A stretch of DNA of 64,000 bases from a virus: the IMG/VR virus record IMGVR_UViG_3300029355_000102, one strand, 5' to 3'. Under the pieces are notes generated by a model, which did not search any database, was not told the DNA's origin, and saw nothing but the letters and a program-made list of their open reading frames with translations. Positions 31,526 to 40,315 of the stretch are shown here, piece after piece. Both the position numbers and the translations under genes were made by a program. Within the stretch, counting starts at the first letter, position 1; every line of letters starts with the position of its first letter.

Positions 31526-31778
31526 TATTTATTTCTTTAGAGTAGCAATTTCTATCAAGTATCTTAATGCACTGTTTAATTCCAGTATCAAATCCTTCTT
31601 TATAGCCTTTGGTATGCTCACCTAAAACATATATAGTCATTGACAGCCAAAATAGAAGTATGCCAACGGATTTATACCAGCATGGTAAAGATACAGAAAA
31701 GGGTTTTAAGGTGATAGAGAAATCACCGATCCACAGAAGACCGGCAATGAGCATGAGTAAATATAAGACTTTCATCAT
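31500..31778 (-). CDS. small membrane protein
   Basis: 92 aa, two TM helices. Confidence 0.35.
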   Translation of the reverse strand: MMKVLYLLMLIAGLLWIGDFSITLKPFSVSLPCWYKSVGILLFWLSMTIYVLGEHTKGYKEGFDTGIKQCIKILDRNCYSKEINNDETVQNQ

Positions 31779-32267
31779 TTATCATTGTTAAGTTCAACAT
31801 ATTTGCCTTGTAAAGAGCAGTTCCTTAAAATTTCGGCATTTTCCCGGCCAAATGCAATAAGAACACTACCGCAACCGGGGCTGTCCCCACGTGTTCCATC
31901 GGGACGGAAGAATTTTATTCGATTCCTCAAAAACATCATACCGGTTGCTTTCGTGAAGATGATGTCTTGAAACTTATTGCTGTCACACCGGTTAAAAAGT
32001 AGTGCTATACCGTTGCCGTGTTCTGCCAATTTCTCTACAAACTGCCATATAAGCGGTTTGGAGTACGGAGGGTTAAGCCAAATTCGCCCCCCCCCAATTT
32101 TGTATAAGACCATTGTCCTGCTTGTTGTACATGATTTTTGCGGTAGGCCAAAGAGGGTGCATGGGAGCACATGGATCAAGGTCAAATTCACCTAATGCTT
32201 CAATGATTTCTCGTGGTGTGTACCATTCATCGGAAGCGTTTGCAGATCGTTCAAAAGATGTATTCAT
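31775..32267 (-). CDS. phage Dam-type N6-adenine DNA methyltransferase, frameshifted at a G9 tract (32087-32095)
   Basis: N-terminal piece DEWYTPREIIEAL...FDLDPCA (32073-32267) and downstream piece with NPPY motif (31775-32191) join only if the tract is G8 or G11. Confidence 0.7.
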
Positions 32268-32500
32268 GTATTACTTACATTTAGGATTTTACGAATTTCT
32301 ATATGATCGCAATTTTCATCAGCCTTTTTCAGAATATAAGCAATTTCTTCTTCCTTACTCATGTTCTGTGGACGTTTCGTTGCTTCTGCTCTCAATTCAG
32401 AAATAATTTTATCTACTTCGGGATTAGGAGTTTCATATAATTTTTTAAATTCAGCGGCTCTACGTTTAATAAGTCGCTCTGTCTTTTTGTTTAATTTCAT
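32264..32500 (-). CDS. hypothetical protein
   Basis: 78 aa. Confidence 0.3.
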   Translation of the reverse strand: MKLNKKTERLIKRRAAEFKKLYETPNPEVDKIISELRAEATKRPQNMSKEEEIAYILKKADENCDHIEIRKILNVSNT

Positions 32501-32501
32501 C

Positions 32502-33419
32502 TCACAATATTTTAAAGTATTCCTTACATAAAAAACCTTTTCTTGGTGAAAAGTCTTTGAAGTCGCAACTCATGTATATTTCCTTCCTATCAGCCCAATG
32601 TGCCATGTCTTTCTGCCACTGTGGAATAATTTGGTGTGGATTGTTCAGATCACGAAAGGGTTGACAATGTGGAAGAAAACGGCGGCTTTTAGATTTCCAG
32701 TAGTTGACGCGCGCAAACGATTCTTCAAAGTCCATAAGGATGCAATACAAGAAATATTCCCCTTTATATCCATACTTGTCTATTAAAGCGGAAGCACGTT
32801 CAACTTCTGCAATCTGTCCCGGTGTATCGCATCCAAAGCGAATACGTTTAATCCATTTTACTTTTGCAAGTAGCCGAGCGATTTCATCCGTGATTAAACG
32901 AGCATCCAGTCCTTGATTAAAATCCACTTTGATACCCAGTTTGATGATTTTCTCTATTTGCTGCAAGCCATAGTTTGAGGCCAGTATATTATTATCCATA
33001 AGGATAGCTTTCTTCCGTCCGGCTGTTATTTCCTCAATATCCATATAAGGTGAGATTTTTCCTTCTTTTTTAGGAACAACCCACCATTTACACCGATTGG
33101 GACACCCACGTGTCAGAAACCCATAGGACAAATTGGAGTCAATATTGTAGATCGAGTAATCAGGTTGAAGACGATCAACCTCAATTGGAAGAACTTTTTC
33201 AATATCATATCCAGTACCACCTTTTTCTATTTGGTTAGCATTGATATAATAGTTATAGTCGGGTGTGAAAGTGAAAACTTTAGCTGCATATACTTTATCA
33301 TATTTACATAGTGGATTATACCATTCCACTTGATCGCCTCTTGCTTTGTGGTAAGCACTGATCTTCATAAGTGCTAAATTGGGGAAATTGCTATCAACGG
33401 CTAAAATTCCAATATTCAT
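32502..33419 (-). CDS. hypothetical protein (Cys-motif, DUF5131/Gp37-Gp68-like?)
   Basis: 305 aa; TRGCPNRC motif. Confidence 0.3.
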   Translation of the reverse strand: MNIGILAVDSNFPNLALMKISAYHKARGDQVEWYNPLCKYDKVYAAKVFTFTPDYNYYINANQIEKGGTGYDIEKVLPIEVDRLQPDYSIYNIDSNLSYGFLTRGCPNRCKWWVVPKKEGKISPYMDIEEITAGRKKAILMDNNILASNYGLQQIEKIIKLGIKVDFNQGLDARLITDEIARLLAKVKWIKRIRFGCDTPGQIAEVERASALIDKYGYKGEYFLYCILMDFEESFARVNYWKSKSRRFLPHCQPFRDLNNPHQIIPQWQKDMAHWADRKEIYMSCDFKDFSPRKGFLCKEYFKIL

Positions 33420-33814
33420 TATTCTTCAAATTTAGGTTTTGGCATCCATGCTATCGGTTCCCATGACGGAGGTATGCTGCTCATTGAAGAGTAAATTGGG
33501 TTACCTTTGTACGTGTCATAGATATAACCATCCATGCAGAACCATACATTGTTGCTATATGTGCCGTTAAAAATCGCACCATGTTTACATAGAATGATGA
33601 TGTCTTCATTTTCATCCGGCAACTGTCCCTTCACGCTTATCCAAGGTGATTGCTTTGACTGCCAGTCAGCACCTTTTATAAATGCAGATTCTGCAATTTC
33701 ATCATGAGATAAATATGTAAAATCATCAAGTGACGTGTGTGTGCCATAAGTAGTTAATGTTTCGGCACTTGTCATCCTTGCTTCCTTTGCCGCTTCTTCT
33801 ACTGTCTGTTTCAT
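33419..33814 (-). CDS. hypothetical protein
   Basis: 131 aa. Confidence 0.3.
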   Translation of the reverse strand: MKQTVEEAAKEARMTSAETLTTYGTHTSLDDFTYLSHDEIAESAFIKGADWQSKQSPWISVKGQLPDENEDIIILCKHGAIFNGTYSNNVWFCMDGYIYDTYKGNPIYSSMSSIPPSWEPIAWMPKPKFEE

Positions 33815-33816
33815 AT

Positions 33817-34503
33817 CTATTTATCAAATAAATTAGTTTGAACCAACGTTCCTCTCTCTGTTTTTATCTCCCCAAAACATTCCCGGTGAAAACGTTCTTC
33901 TTGTGCTTCAAAGTATTCTTCATCTATTTCAGTTGCATAGAAATCGAATCCAAGTCCATAAGCAGCTATTCTGCTACTTCCTGAACCTAAATGACTATCA
34001 AAAATTTTGTCTCCCTCTTTGGCGTTTTTTCTTAATATTTCAGCATATAATTTCACTGGCTTCTGACAACGATGGATATTTCCACCTCGTTCTCCAATTG
34101 TACACCGGTTTAGAGTTATGATCCGAAGAGCTTTGTCAAAACTACTCCATGCCAATTCTCCGTCAGACATTGTTAGTCCATGTTGCCCCTTATCCCAGAC
34201 GATCCAACCCATTTTAGGAGGCAGATGTTGAGTAAAATAGTTGCCACCGAAAATTATTTGATTCTTACTCACTCTAAATAACTCCTGAAAATATCTTTTG
34301 CCAGGTGGTTTCTTGTCCCAATCCTTGCGTTTATACTGCTTAAAGCCTAAATGCTTCGGCATCCCACCCTTGTGCATTATGTCTATGCCATACTGGGGAT
34401 CGACTATCGCTGAGTCCTTACTTTCATTTTTTTTTGATACATTTTCCCAGTTTAAGTATAAATACACATTCGTTATCCGGTGCTCCCCAATTGGTGTTAC
34501 CAA
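33817..34503 (-). CDS. beta-class N6A/N4C DNA methyltransferase
   Basis: DPQY (motif IV) upstream of FDSHLGSGSS (motif I), order typical of beta-class amino-MTases. Confidence 0.6.
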   Translation of the reverse strand: MVTPIGEHRITNVYLYLNWENVSKKNESKDSAIVDPQYGIDIMHKGGMPKHLGFKQYKRKDWDKKPPGKRYFQELFRVSKNQIIFGGNYFTQHLPPKMGWIVWDKGQHGLTMSDGELAWSSFDKALRIITLNRCTIGERGGNIHRCQKPVKLYAEILRKNAKEGDKIFDSHLGSGSSRIAAYGLGFDFYATEIDEEYFEAQEERFHRECFGEIKTERGTLVQTNLFDK

Positions 34504-34801
34504 CTCCGATGGTTATAGATTCAAGTTCAAAAAGCATTGTCCGTTTGGTGTAGCCAAAACGGAAGCAAACATGAGTGTATTCTTTGGGGTGAAAGCCGTT
34601 TCCACGTGTAATACAAGAAAAACAAATAGCTTTCTTACAATAGAAACCAGTCTTTTCATAGGAATTGCGACCTCCACATTTTGCTAATCTTCCGATCCAG
34701 TATTTCTTGATCTCTCTGTATTCTTCTTTCTTATTTCCGGATTCGATCATTTCATACCATTTTGCTTTTAATGGCAGGTCAAGGATTTTCATATTAACCA
34801 T
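34424..34801 (-). CDS. ASCH-domain protein
   Basis: MKILDLPLKAKWYEMIESGNKKEEYR N-terminus typical of ASCH. Confidence 0.4.
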   Translation of the reverse strand: MVNMKILDLPLKAKWYEMIESGNKKEEYREIKKYWIGRLAKCGGRNSYEKTGFYCKKAICFSCITRGNGFHPKEYTHVCFRFGYTKRTMLFELESITIGVGNTNWGAPDNECVFILKLGKCIKKK

Positions 34802-35035
34802 AGTCTAAAAGAGTTGCGGATTCTGTTTGTCGTGAAGGATTTTTTGAACACGTTCAATTTCTTCATCTACTTCACGCTCAATTTGTTTACTTATTCGTAA
34901 ATCTATCTGTCTCTTATTTTTGAAATATTCTTTTTGGCAACGGCGCATTTCCACCACTTTGTCGAAAAATTCTTTTGGAGTCATAGATTTAAAAGGTATG
35001 GAAAAGGCCGCTTTGATGCGGCCTCCCCAGTGTGA

Positions 35036-35620
35036 TTACTTTTTTCCAATCAGAAAGTCTTTCCACAATTCTTTGAATTGTTCTCCAAAGTAAATTGCGA
35101 TTTCACTTGATTTTACAGCAAGGCGAGAGCCGATACCCGCATACGAGTACGACCAATCGTTATTCGAGTACGCACAAGCGAGGCCGCAATACGCACCGTG
35201 ATACGCATTACCGCCCCAAAGAACCAGCCGATTACGATCCTCTTCGTCCATTTCATCAATTTCTTTTTGATTATAAAGATAAAACCACGGCGTATAACGG
35301 TATTCATCTTTAGTAAATCGTGGAAAATCAGGATCGTTGTTTAACGCACGGGCAATAGTGCATAGTTTGATGTAGGCGAGGTGTGCAATATCAGCCACTT
35401 CTTCTTTGTGTCCGTCTTCATCTTCAACAAGTAGGCGAACAATGGGTTTTACACCTATTGCTTCACAAGCATCTTCGTAGGTTTTAATATTGTGATAATC
35501 TGTATAATCCGGCTTTTGCTTTCCGAATAGGGCTGTTAGAATACTAATTGCTTTAGGACAGTCGTTTGCTTCACTAAAAGCGGCTGTTACCTTTTCTTGT
35601 GTGATTTTAAGTTCTGACAT
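35036..35620 (-). CDS. DGR target protein 2 (194 aa) with C-terminal variable region
   Basis: C-terminus LWGGNAYHGAYCGLACAYSNNDWSYSYAGIGSRLA encoded by a TR copy differing only at TR adenines. Confidence 0.75.
   Translation of the reverse strand: MSELKITQEKVTAAFSEANDCPKAISILTALFGKQKPDYTDYHNIKTYEDACEAIGVKPIVRLLVEDEDGHKEEVADIAHLAYIKLCTIARALNNDPDFPRFTKDEYRYTPWFYLYNQKEIDEMDEEDRNRLVLWGGNAYHGAYCGLACAYSNNDWSYSYAGIGSRLAVKSSEIAIYFGEQFKELWKDFLIGKK
35121..35228 (-). repeat. DGR variable repeat 2 (VR2), opposite strand to TR
   Basis: reverse complement aligns over 108 nt with TR; 11 mismatches, all at TR A positions; identical ggctctcgcc 3' end. Confidence 0.85.
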
Positions 35621-35628
35621 AATGTAAA

Positions 35629-36381
35629 TTATTTATTGTTAATACTATATCCGAATAATGCAAAATCTCCCCGGCACGGATCATCCGGGAAAATTGTTTT
35701 CATGTAATTGGTTACTTGTTGAACCATTTTCCAGTCCTCTGTTTTGCGTGTTGTTATCCCAAGCTGATGTGCCATTTTTGCAACATGCGCATCCAATGGT
35801 ATGTATAATTCTGTTGGATGAATAATAGTCCAAATACCTAAATCCACCGGCGATTTTCGTACTACCCACCGTAGAAACAGACAAATACGCTTGCATGGAG
35901 AATCACGCTCCAATTTTGGAATACCTTTTACGCCACCAAAATCTGTTTGTATTTCACGGATAACATTGTTGTAACCCTCATAAAATACTTCCAAATCATC
36001 CCATTCCTGATATATGTTGTACAACCGCTGGCAAATGCAGAAGAAGTCATGGTAGGTGAACATACGGTAGAAGGTATTTGTATTTTCTTTGTATTGTTCC
36101 CATACTTTGTTCATAATGAAGTCATAAGGAGAATTACCCATTAGATTATCCAAAATTTCTGCTTGCTGCATTATCAGTTTGCGATTCCCGAAAGCTATCC
36201 ATGAAGTAAGAAAGGCACTGATTTCTATGTCCTTTTTATCACTGTACTTATGTGGGAAGAATATAGGATCATCTTTTATAAAATCAGGTGTTTCAAATTG
36301 TTTTGCCCAGTCAAGTAGTTTGTTTCTTAGTTCTTCCATAATATTCTTCTTTCCATTTTTTGAAAGCGGCTTCTTTATCAT
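35629..36381 (-). CDS. DUF2400/TIGR02757-family protein
   Basis: 250 aa; FIKDDPIFFPHKY...EISAFLTSWIAFGNR signature. Confidence 0.4.
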   Translation of the reverse strand: MIKKPLSKNGKKNIMEELRNKLLDWAKQFETPDFIKDDPIFFPHKYSDKKDIEISAFLTSWIAFGNRKLIMQQAEILDNLMGNSPYDFIMNKVWEQYKENTNTFYRMFTYHDFFCICQRLYNIYQEWDDLEVFYEGYNNVIREIQTDFGGVKGIPKLERDSPCKRICLFLRWVVRKSPVDLGIWTIIHPTELYIPLDAHVAKMAHQLGITTRKTEDWKMVQQVTNYMKTIFPDDPCRGDFALFGYSINNK

Positions 36382-36994
36382 TTGATTTCATCCTTTGTAT
36401 GAATGATTGATGGGATTCCAATAATTCTTTGGCCTCTTCATCTCCATTTTCCGATCTTTCAGTTAGATGTTTGATATATTCTCCGTAGAACATTCCAGTG
36501 CTGTTATTATTTTGTTCATGGGCTTCATTAATTGAAAGAGAAGAAACAATTTCATCACGCTGTACATCGTATTCATTTAACCAGCCGAGAATGATATTAC
36601 CGTCCAGTCTATCGTAAATCTTACCGGAAGCCATAGCATTACGGAAACACAATTTGATTTCCTCCAATTTGAGATAATAGAATCTGTCTATTATTAGATC
36701 AGCGGTAAGTGCCACTTGAACATCATTCATCGTTTTTCCGACATTGAAAAAAGACACAAGCTCGTTAATCGCAATTACCAGTATGGCTCTTGCGCCAGCC
36801 AATGTGATTTCTTTTCTTATAACGGAGAGTGGTAGGTTAGGAGTGTTGAGAACAGCTTCTTTAATCGAACTTACGTGCAATCCCTTGTAATACTCCGCTT
36901 GCAAGGTCAGCAAGTCTTTCAACGCTTTCTTTTCGGTTGCCGGGAGATTGCTGTTGACTTGAATTAAGTTGTTTCCCATACTTGTTAAAATCAT
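36311..36994 (-). CDS. hypothetical protein
   Basis: 227 aa. Confidence 0.3.
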   Translation of the reverse strand: MILTSMGNNLIQVNSNLPATEKKALKDLLTLQAEYYKGLHVSSIKEAVLNTPNLPLSVIRKEITLAGARAILVIAINELVSFFNVGKTMNDVQVALTADLIIDRFYYLKLEEIKLCFRNAMASGKIYDRLDGNIILGWLNEYDVQRDEIVSSLSINEAHEQNNNSTGMFYGEYIKHLTERSENGDEEAKELLESHQSFIQRMKSNDKEAAFKKWKEEYYGRTKKQTT

Positions 36995-37280
36995 TATTAG
37001 ACCATCTGACTAAACGTTTGGAAACTTCAAATGTACGTTCCTTCTCAAAGCGCATTTTCCGTCCTCCGCATTCAGTCCAATACTCGAAAAAGTCCTTCAA
37101 CATATCATCAGGATATTTCCCTCTGTACATGAGGACTTCACTTCTGAATTTGTCTTTCCTTGCAGAAAGAGAATCTTTATTCATATTCATCTTATGGCCT
37201 AATCCGGCCATGAATGCTTGTTCCAATGTTGCATCAGGATGATCCCGACACCACTGGGTTGCTAATTCTTCTGATTTCAT
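36861..37280 (-). CDS. hypothetical protein
   Basis: 139 aa. Confidence 0.3.
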   Translation of the reverse strand: MKSEELATQWCRDHPDATLEQAFMAGLGHKMNMNKDSLSARKDKFRSEVLMYRGKYPDDMLKDFFEYWTECGGRKMRFEKERTFEVSKRLVRWSNNDFNKYGKQLNSSQQQSPGNRKESVERLADLASGVLQGIARKFD

Positions 37281-37285
37281 TTGAT

Positions 37286-38390
37286 TTATAATTTAGATAA
37301 CCAATATTTCCATACTCGTGAGGCTACATGCGCCATCATAACGGGTGGTACACTCATTCCACAGATATAATGTGGGGATTGGTTGCAAAAGTTATAGTCG
37401 ATGGGGAAAGTAGAGACTTTACAGATTTCAGATGTACTTAGATATAAAGGCTGTGTAAAGTGTATCAAATCATCATGCTTGGAAGTTATCGTATTGCAGA
37501 TGCGATCTTCAAGTGTATATTTCTTTGAGAAGAATAACTCTTTACCGTATAGCCGCATACATGTATCAGACATGTCTTTATCAGTAATTTCTCTATGTTC
37601 CCAAACATATCGAATTTTTGTACCATTTTTAATTTCTTTCCCCTTAAAGTCTGTTATTTCTTTCATCAAAATGGGTATTTCATTGAACTTCATACAAATA
37701 TGTGGCTCAACATTGAAGAGGTCTGAAACTTTTAGAAAATGAACTCCCAAATCATGCCTGATACATATAAAGAATACACGTTCTCTTTTTTGAGGTACTC
37801 CCATTTTAGAAGCATCAAGAAGAAAATGCTGACAATAATAACCAGCTTCCTCAAAGTCTTTGTATATACGTCTGACATAATCAATCGCATTCCCTAAAAG
37901 AAGTCCTTTCACATTTTCAGCAATAACGACTTTAGGTTTTAAGCGTTTGGCAAGTGCAATAAAATCAAAAAAGAGCGTGTCTAAAACTTGTGTCTTTTGA
38001 CCTTCCTTGAATTTCTTTTCTTTACCCCACGCATCTTCACGTAATCCCGACATGCTAAATGTACTGCAAGGTGGTGATCCGTCCAATATATCTAAATTGT
38101 ACAATTCTTCGGGAAGATAATTCCTTTTCACTAAATCACGAATATCTTCCAAATAACTATACTGGGGATGATGGTTTGTTTCATAGCATTTCATCATTCG
38201 TGGATCAATCTCATTACAGCCAATAACATCGTAACCGGCTATTTTGTAACCCATAGTAGAGCCACCGCCACATGCAAAACAAGAAAATACCTTTCCTTTA
38301 TCTTTAGTAAAAACAGCATCTTCTAAAGACCAGCGATAAGGATAGAGATGTTGGGGGGGGGGGTAATTACATCTTTCATCATTCCACCTC
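37286..38390 (-). CDS. C5-cytosine DNA methyltransferase (Dcm-like), frameshifted at a G11 tract (38353-38363)
   Basis: PPCSTFS (motif IV), ENV (motif VI); motif I FACGGGS lies upstream of the annotated Met and is in frame; natural ATGATG start is reached only if the tract is G12 or G9. Confidence 0.7.
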
Positions 38391-38421
38391 CCATAATTCA
38401 GCTACTCTTTTGAATTCTTCA

Positions 38422-38838
38422 TCAGCTGGAACCGGGCAATCTTTGATCCATTTCATATCTTTTACTTTCCATAAGTTCATCTTTGTAGTCCAACAAAAAA
38501 TTATTGGCCTCCAATAAACTATGAACATCATTAACAGAATGTGGAGTGTAAACAACTCCATCGAAGTATCTGATATAATTGGGGAGCATATCAGCCAGTG
38601 CCGTATATAGAAATAATTTTCCTTTATTGCCATAGGCCAATTTTTGAACGGTTTTGATACTTTCAGCCAAATTTGCCAGTTTTTCAGGAAACAAAAGTGG
38701 TTCTCCACCAGTTATCATGATCTCTTTGTAATTAAAGTGCTCAACAACTGGTAATTTTGAAAAATCCCATGAGTTGTTGCAACACATAGGACATTTGTTC
38801 GGACATTTGGTTGTAACCAATAGACGTAACTTTTCCAT
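38422..38838 (-). CDS. small radical-SAM protein (NrdG/QueE-like)
   Basis: CPNKCPMC (CxxxCxxC) and GGEPLL SAM-binding motif in 138 aa. Confidence 0.5.
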   Translation of the reverse strand: MEKLRLLVTTKCPNKCPMCCNNSWDFSKLPVVEHFNYKEIMITGGEPLLFPEKLANLAESIKTVQKLAYGNKGKLFLYTALADMLPNYIRYFDGVVYTPHSVNDVHSLLEANNFLLDYKDELMESKRYEMDQRLPGSS

Positions 38839-38842
38839 TTAT

Positions 38843-39118
38843 AATGATATTGTTTGGGTGTATTTCAATTCTCCGGTATATCCACGTGCTTTCAATTCTG
38901 CGATAAGTTCCCGTGGAGAAAATTTTGCCAATTCAGGATTGGAATATATTTTCTTCAAATTCCCCCCCCCGGAGTTTTCTTACGGTTTCTGGCATAAACA
39001 TTACCGCACTCTTTACAATATGTCTGCAATCCATCTTCGGTTGAAGCATTTTTCCAAAACTCACTGACCGGAAGTTCCCGGCTACATTTGCTACATTTTT
39101 TTAATTTTTCCATTATTC
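38843..39118 (-). CDS. zinc-ribbon protein, frame broken at a G9 tract (38962-38970)
   Basis: MEKLKKCSKCSRELPVSEFW...YCKECGNVY; continuous 92-aa ORF only if tract is G10; with G9 stops after 52 aa. Confidence 0.4.
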
Positions 39119-39568
39119 CTTTTCTTTAATTCTACCATATTCACATATTAGTAAGGCATCCGAAGTTGCCAATGTAACTTTTGCATACGGGAACAGCTGT
39201 TGGGCTTTCTTCTTTAAGATGTTTTTCCATTCTGTCTTACCCAATTTGTCTGTATTTCGTAATCCTATAGTTTTTTGCCAAGTTTGTGGAGATACTGTTA
39301 CTGTCGGAATCCCACAAGCTATCAATCCCATAGTCAGCTGTCCGTAACCTTCTCCAAAAACAAAAGAGGCAGAAGCACTTTGTCCGGTCATGCCATTCAC
39401 TCGTTCCAAATAACAAACGCTATTTTCTTTGTATATGGAGAGAAAATCTAATAAGTCTTTGGGAGTTGGTGGCATTTTGATACACTCCAATAATTTGTTA
39501 TTCTCGGTGTCGTACACTACAATTCCACCGTTTTTGCCAACATCTATACCTATGATCCTTCGTTTCAT
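39113..39568 (-). CDS. RuvC-like Holliday junction resolvase
   Basis: IIGIDVGKNGGIVVYD N-terminus and TLATSDALLIC acidic motif. Confidence 0.65.
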   Translation of the reverse strand: MKRRIIGIDVGKNGGIVVYDTENNKLLECIKMPPTPKDLLDFLSIYKENSVCYLERVNGMTGQSASASFVFGEGYGQLTMGLIACGIPTVTVSPQTWQKTIGLRNTDKLGKTEWKNILKKKAQQLFPYAKVTLATSDALLICEYGRIKEKE

Positions 39569-39571
39569 AAA

Positions 39572-39740
39572 TTATACTTTTTTGTTTATAAATCTTTTGA
39601 GCTTAATTACATCTTTCTTTCCAAGCCTTAGTGCTTCACTGGTCTTGATGTCAGAAGGTGAAGCTTTACAATTCTCGGTTATCCTTTCAAAATGTCGGAT
39701 AAAGGATTTTAGGAAATAGTCGGGGATTTCAACTTTCATA
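39572..39740 (-). CDS. hypothetical small protein
   Basis: 55 aa from Met at 39740; longer ORF-track start would overlap the tRNA-like RNA. Confidence 0.3.
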
Positions 39741-39754
39741 ATGATTGATTTATG

Positions 39755-39917
39755 TGGATAAGCCCGGACTCGAACCGGGAACTGTTGCAATCAGGATTTT
39801 CGTTTCTGCTTCCGTTTGTACGTATGTCAAGTGTTAATAGCATATTACCTGACTCGTGATGCTATTCGTGCATTTTTACCACAGAAACTAAGCGTCTTCC
39901 GATTTCGCCACTTATCC
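39755..39917 (-). ncRNA. tRNA-like structured RNA (about 163 nt) with canonical acceptor, D and T arms but a roughly 90-nt insertion in the anticodon region
   Basis: 5' GGATAAG pairs perfectly with 3' CTTATCC; U8; D arm with A14,G18G19,A21; T arm CCCGG-TTCGAGT-CCGGG; discriminator A; internal 7-8 bp hairpins. Confidence 0.4.
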
Positions 39918-40104
39918 GTTTGCCTCTACAATAGAGGCATTTTACATGAACAAAAAGACTCTTTGTAGTATCTACCGCCGTGGAGCGTATGCAGCGTACT
40001 CGACTCGACTTGCAAAGAGAAGAAAAAAGGTGAGGCATGATAGTTCCCGGATAGGCGGTCAAGCCACACCGGGAGAAGCTGATTATTAATCGGGTTGATA
40101 ATTA

Positions 40105-40314
40105 TTATTTTAGGAATTTAGCAAAAGTCTTGATTGAGCCTTCATTATTACTTTTTAAAGAGGCCAATTCTGTATTTTTAGAAGTTAGTGTAGAAATAAC
40201 AGATTTATTCTTTTCGATTTCTGCATCAATATCACTATTAAGTGTTTCCAAATCGGCTTTTGCTTGTGCAAATTGAGACAATATCGTATCTCTTCTTTGT
40301 TGAAATGTCAGCAT
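40105..40314 (-). CDS. hypothetical coiled-coil protein
   Basis: 69 aa. Confidence 0.3.
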   Translation of the reverse strand: MLTFQQRRDTILSQFAQAKADLETLNSDIDAEIEKNKSVISTLTSKNTELASLKSNNEGSIKTFAKFLK

Positions 40315-40315
40315 A

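Noticed and set aside
35095-35313. Two overlapping short ORFs (+ and -) across VR2
   Set aside because: Embedded in or antisense to the 194-aa DGR target gene. They arise from the GC-rich repeat.
38774-39067. 97-aa plus-strand ORF spanning the C9 tract
   Set aside because: Antisense to the zinc-ribbon gene in an otherwise minus-strand operon. Its PPP run is just the homopolymer.
31775-39118. Treating the three poly-G frameshifts purely as sequencing errors to be silently corrected
   Set aside because: Required corrections differ in sign (+/-1) between tracts, and two equally long tracts are in frame. So the state is reported as observed and flagged as possible phase variation. Sequencing error cannot be excluded without reads.
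39862-40062. 66-aa minus-strand ORF
   Set aside because: Overlaps the tRNA-like RNA and its upstream hairpin. Cys/Arg-rich composition, no start context.
39755-40100. tmRNA (ssrA) hypothesis for the tRNA-like element
   Set aside because: No GGGG 5' end, no tag-peptide reading frame ending ALAA-stop, and the total length of about 163 nt is far below the about 350-400 nt of a tmRNA.
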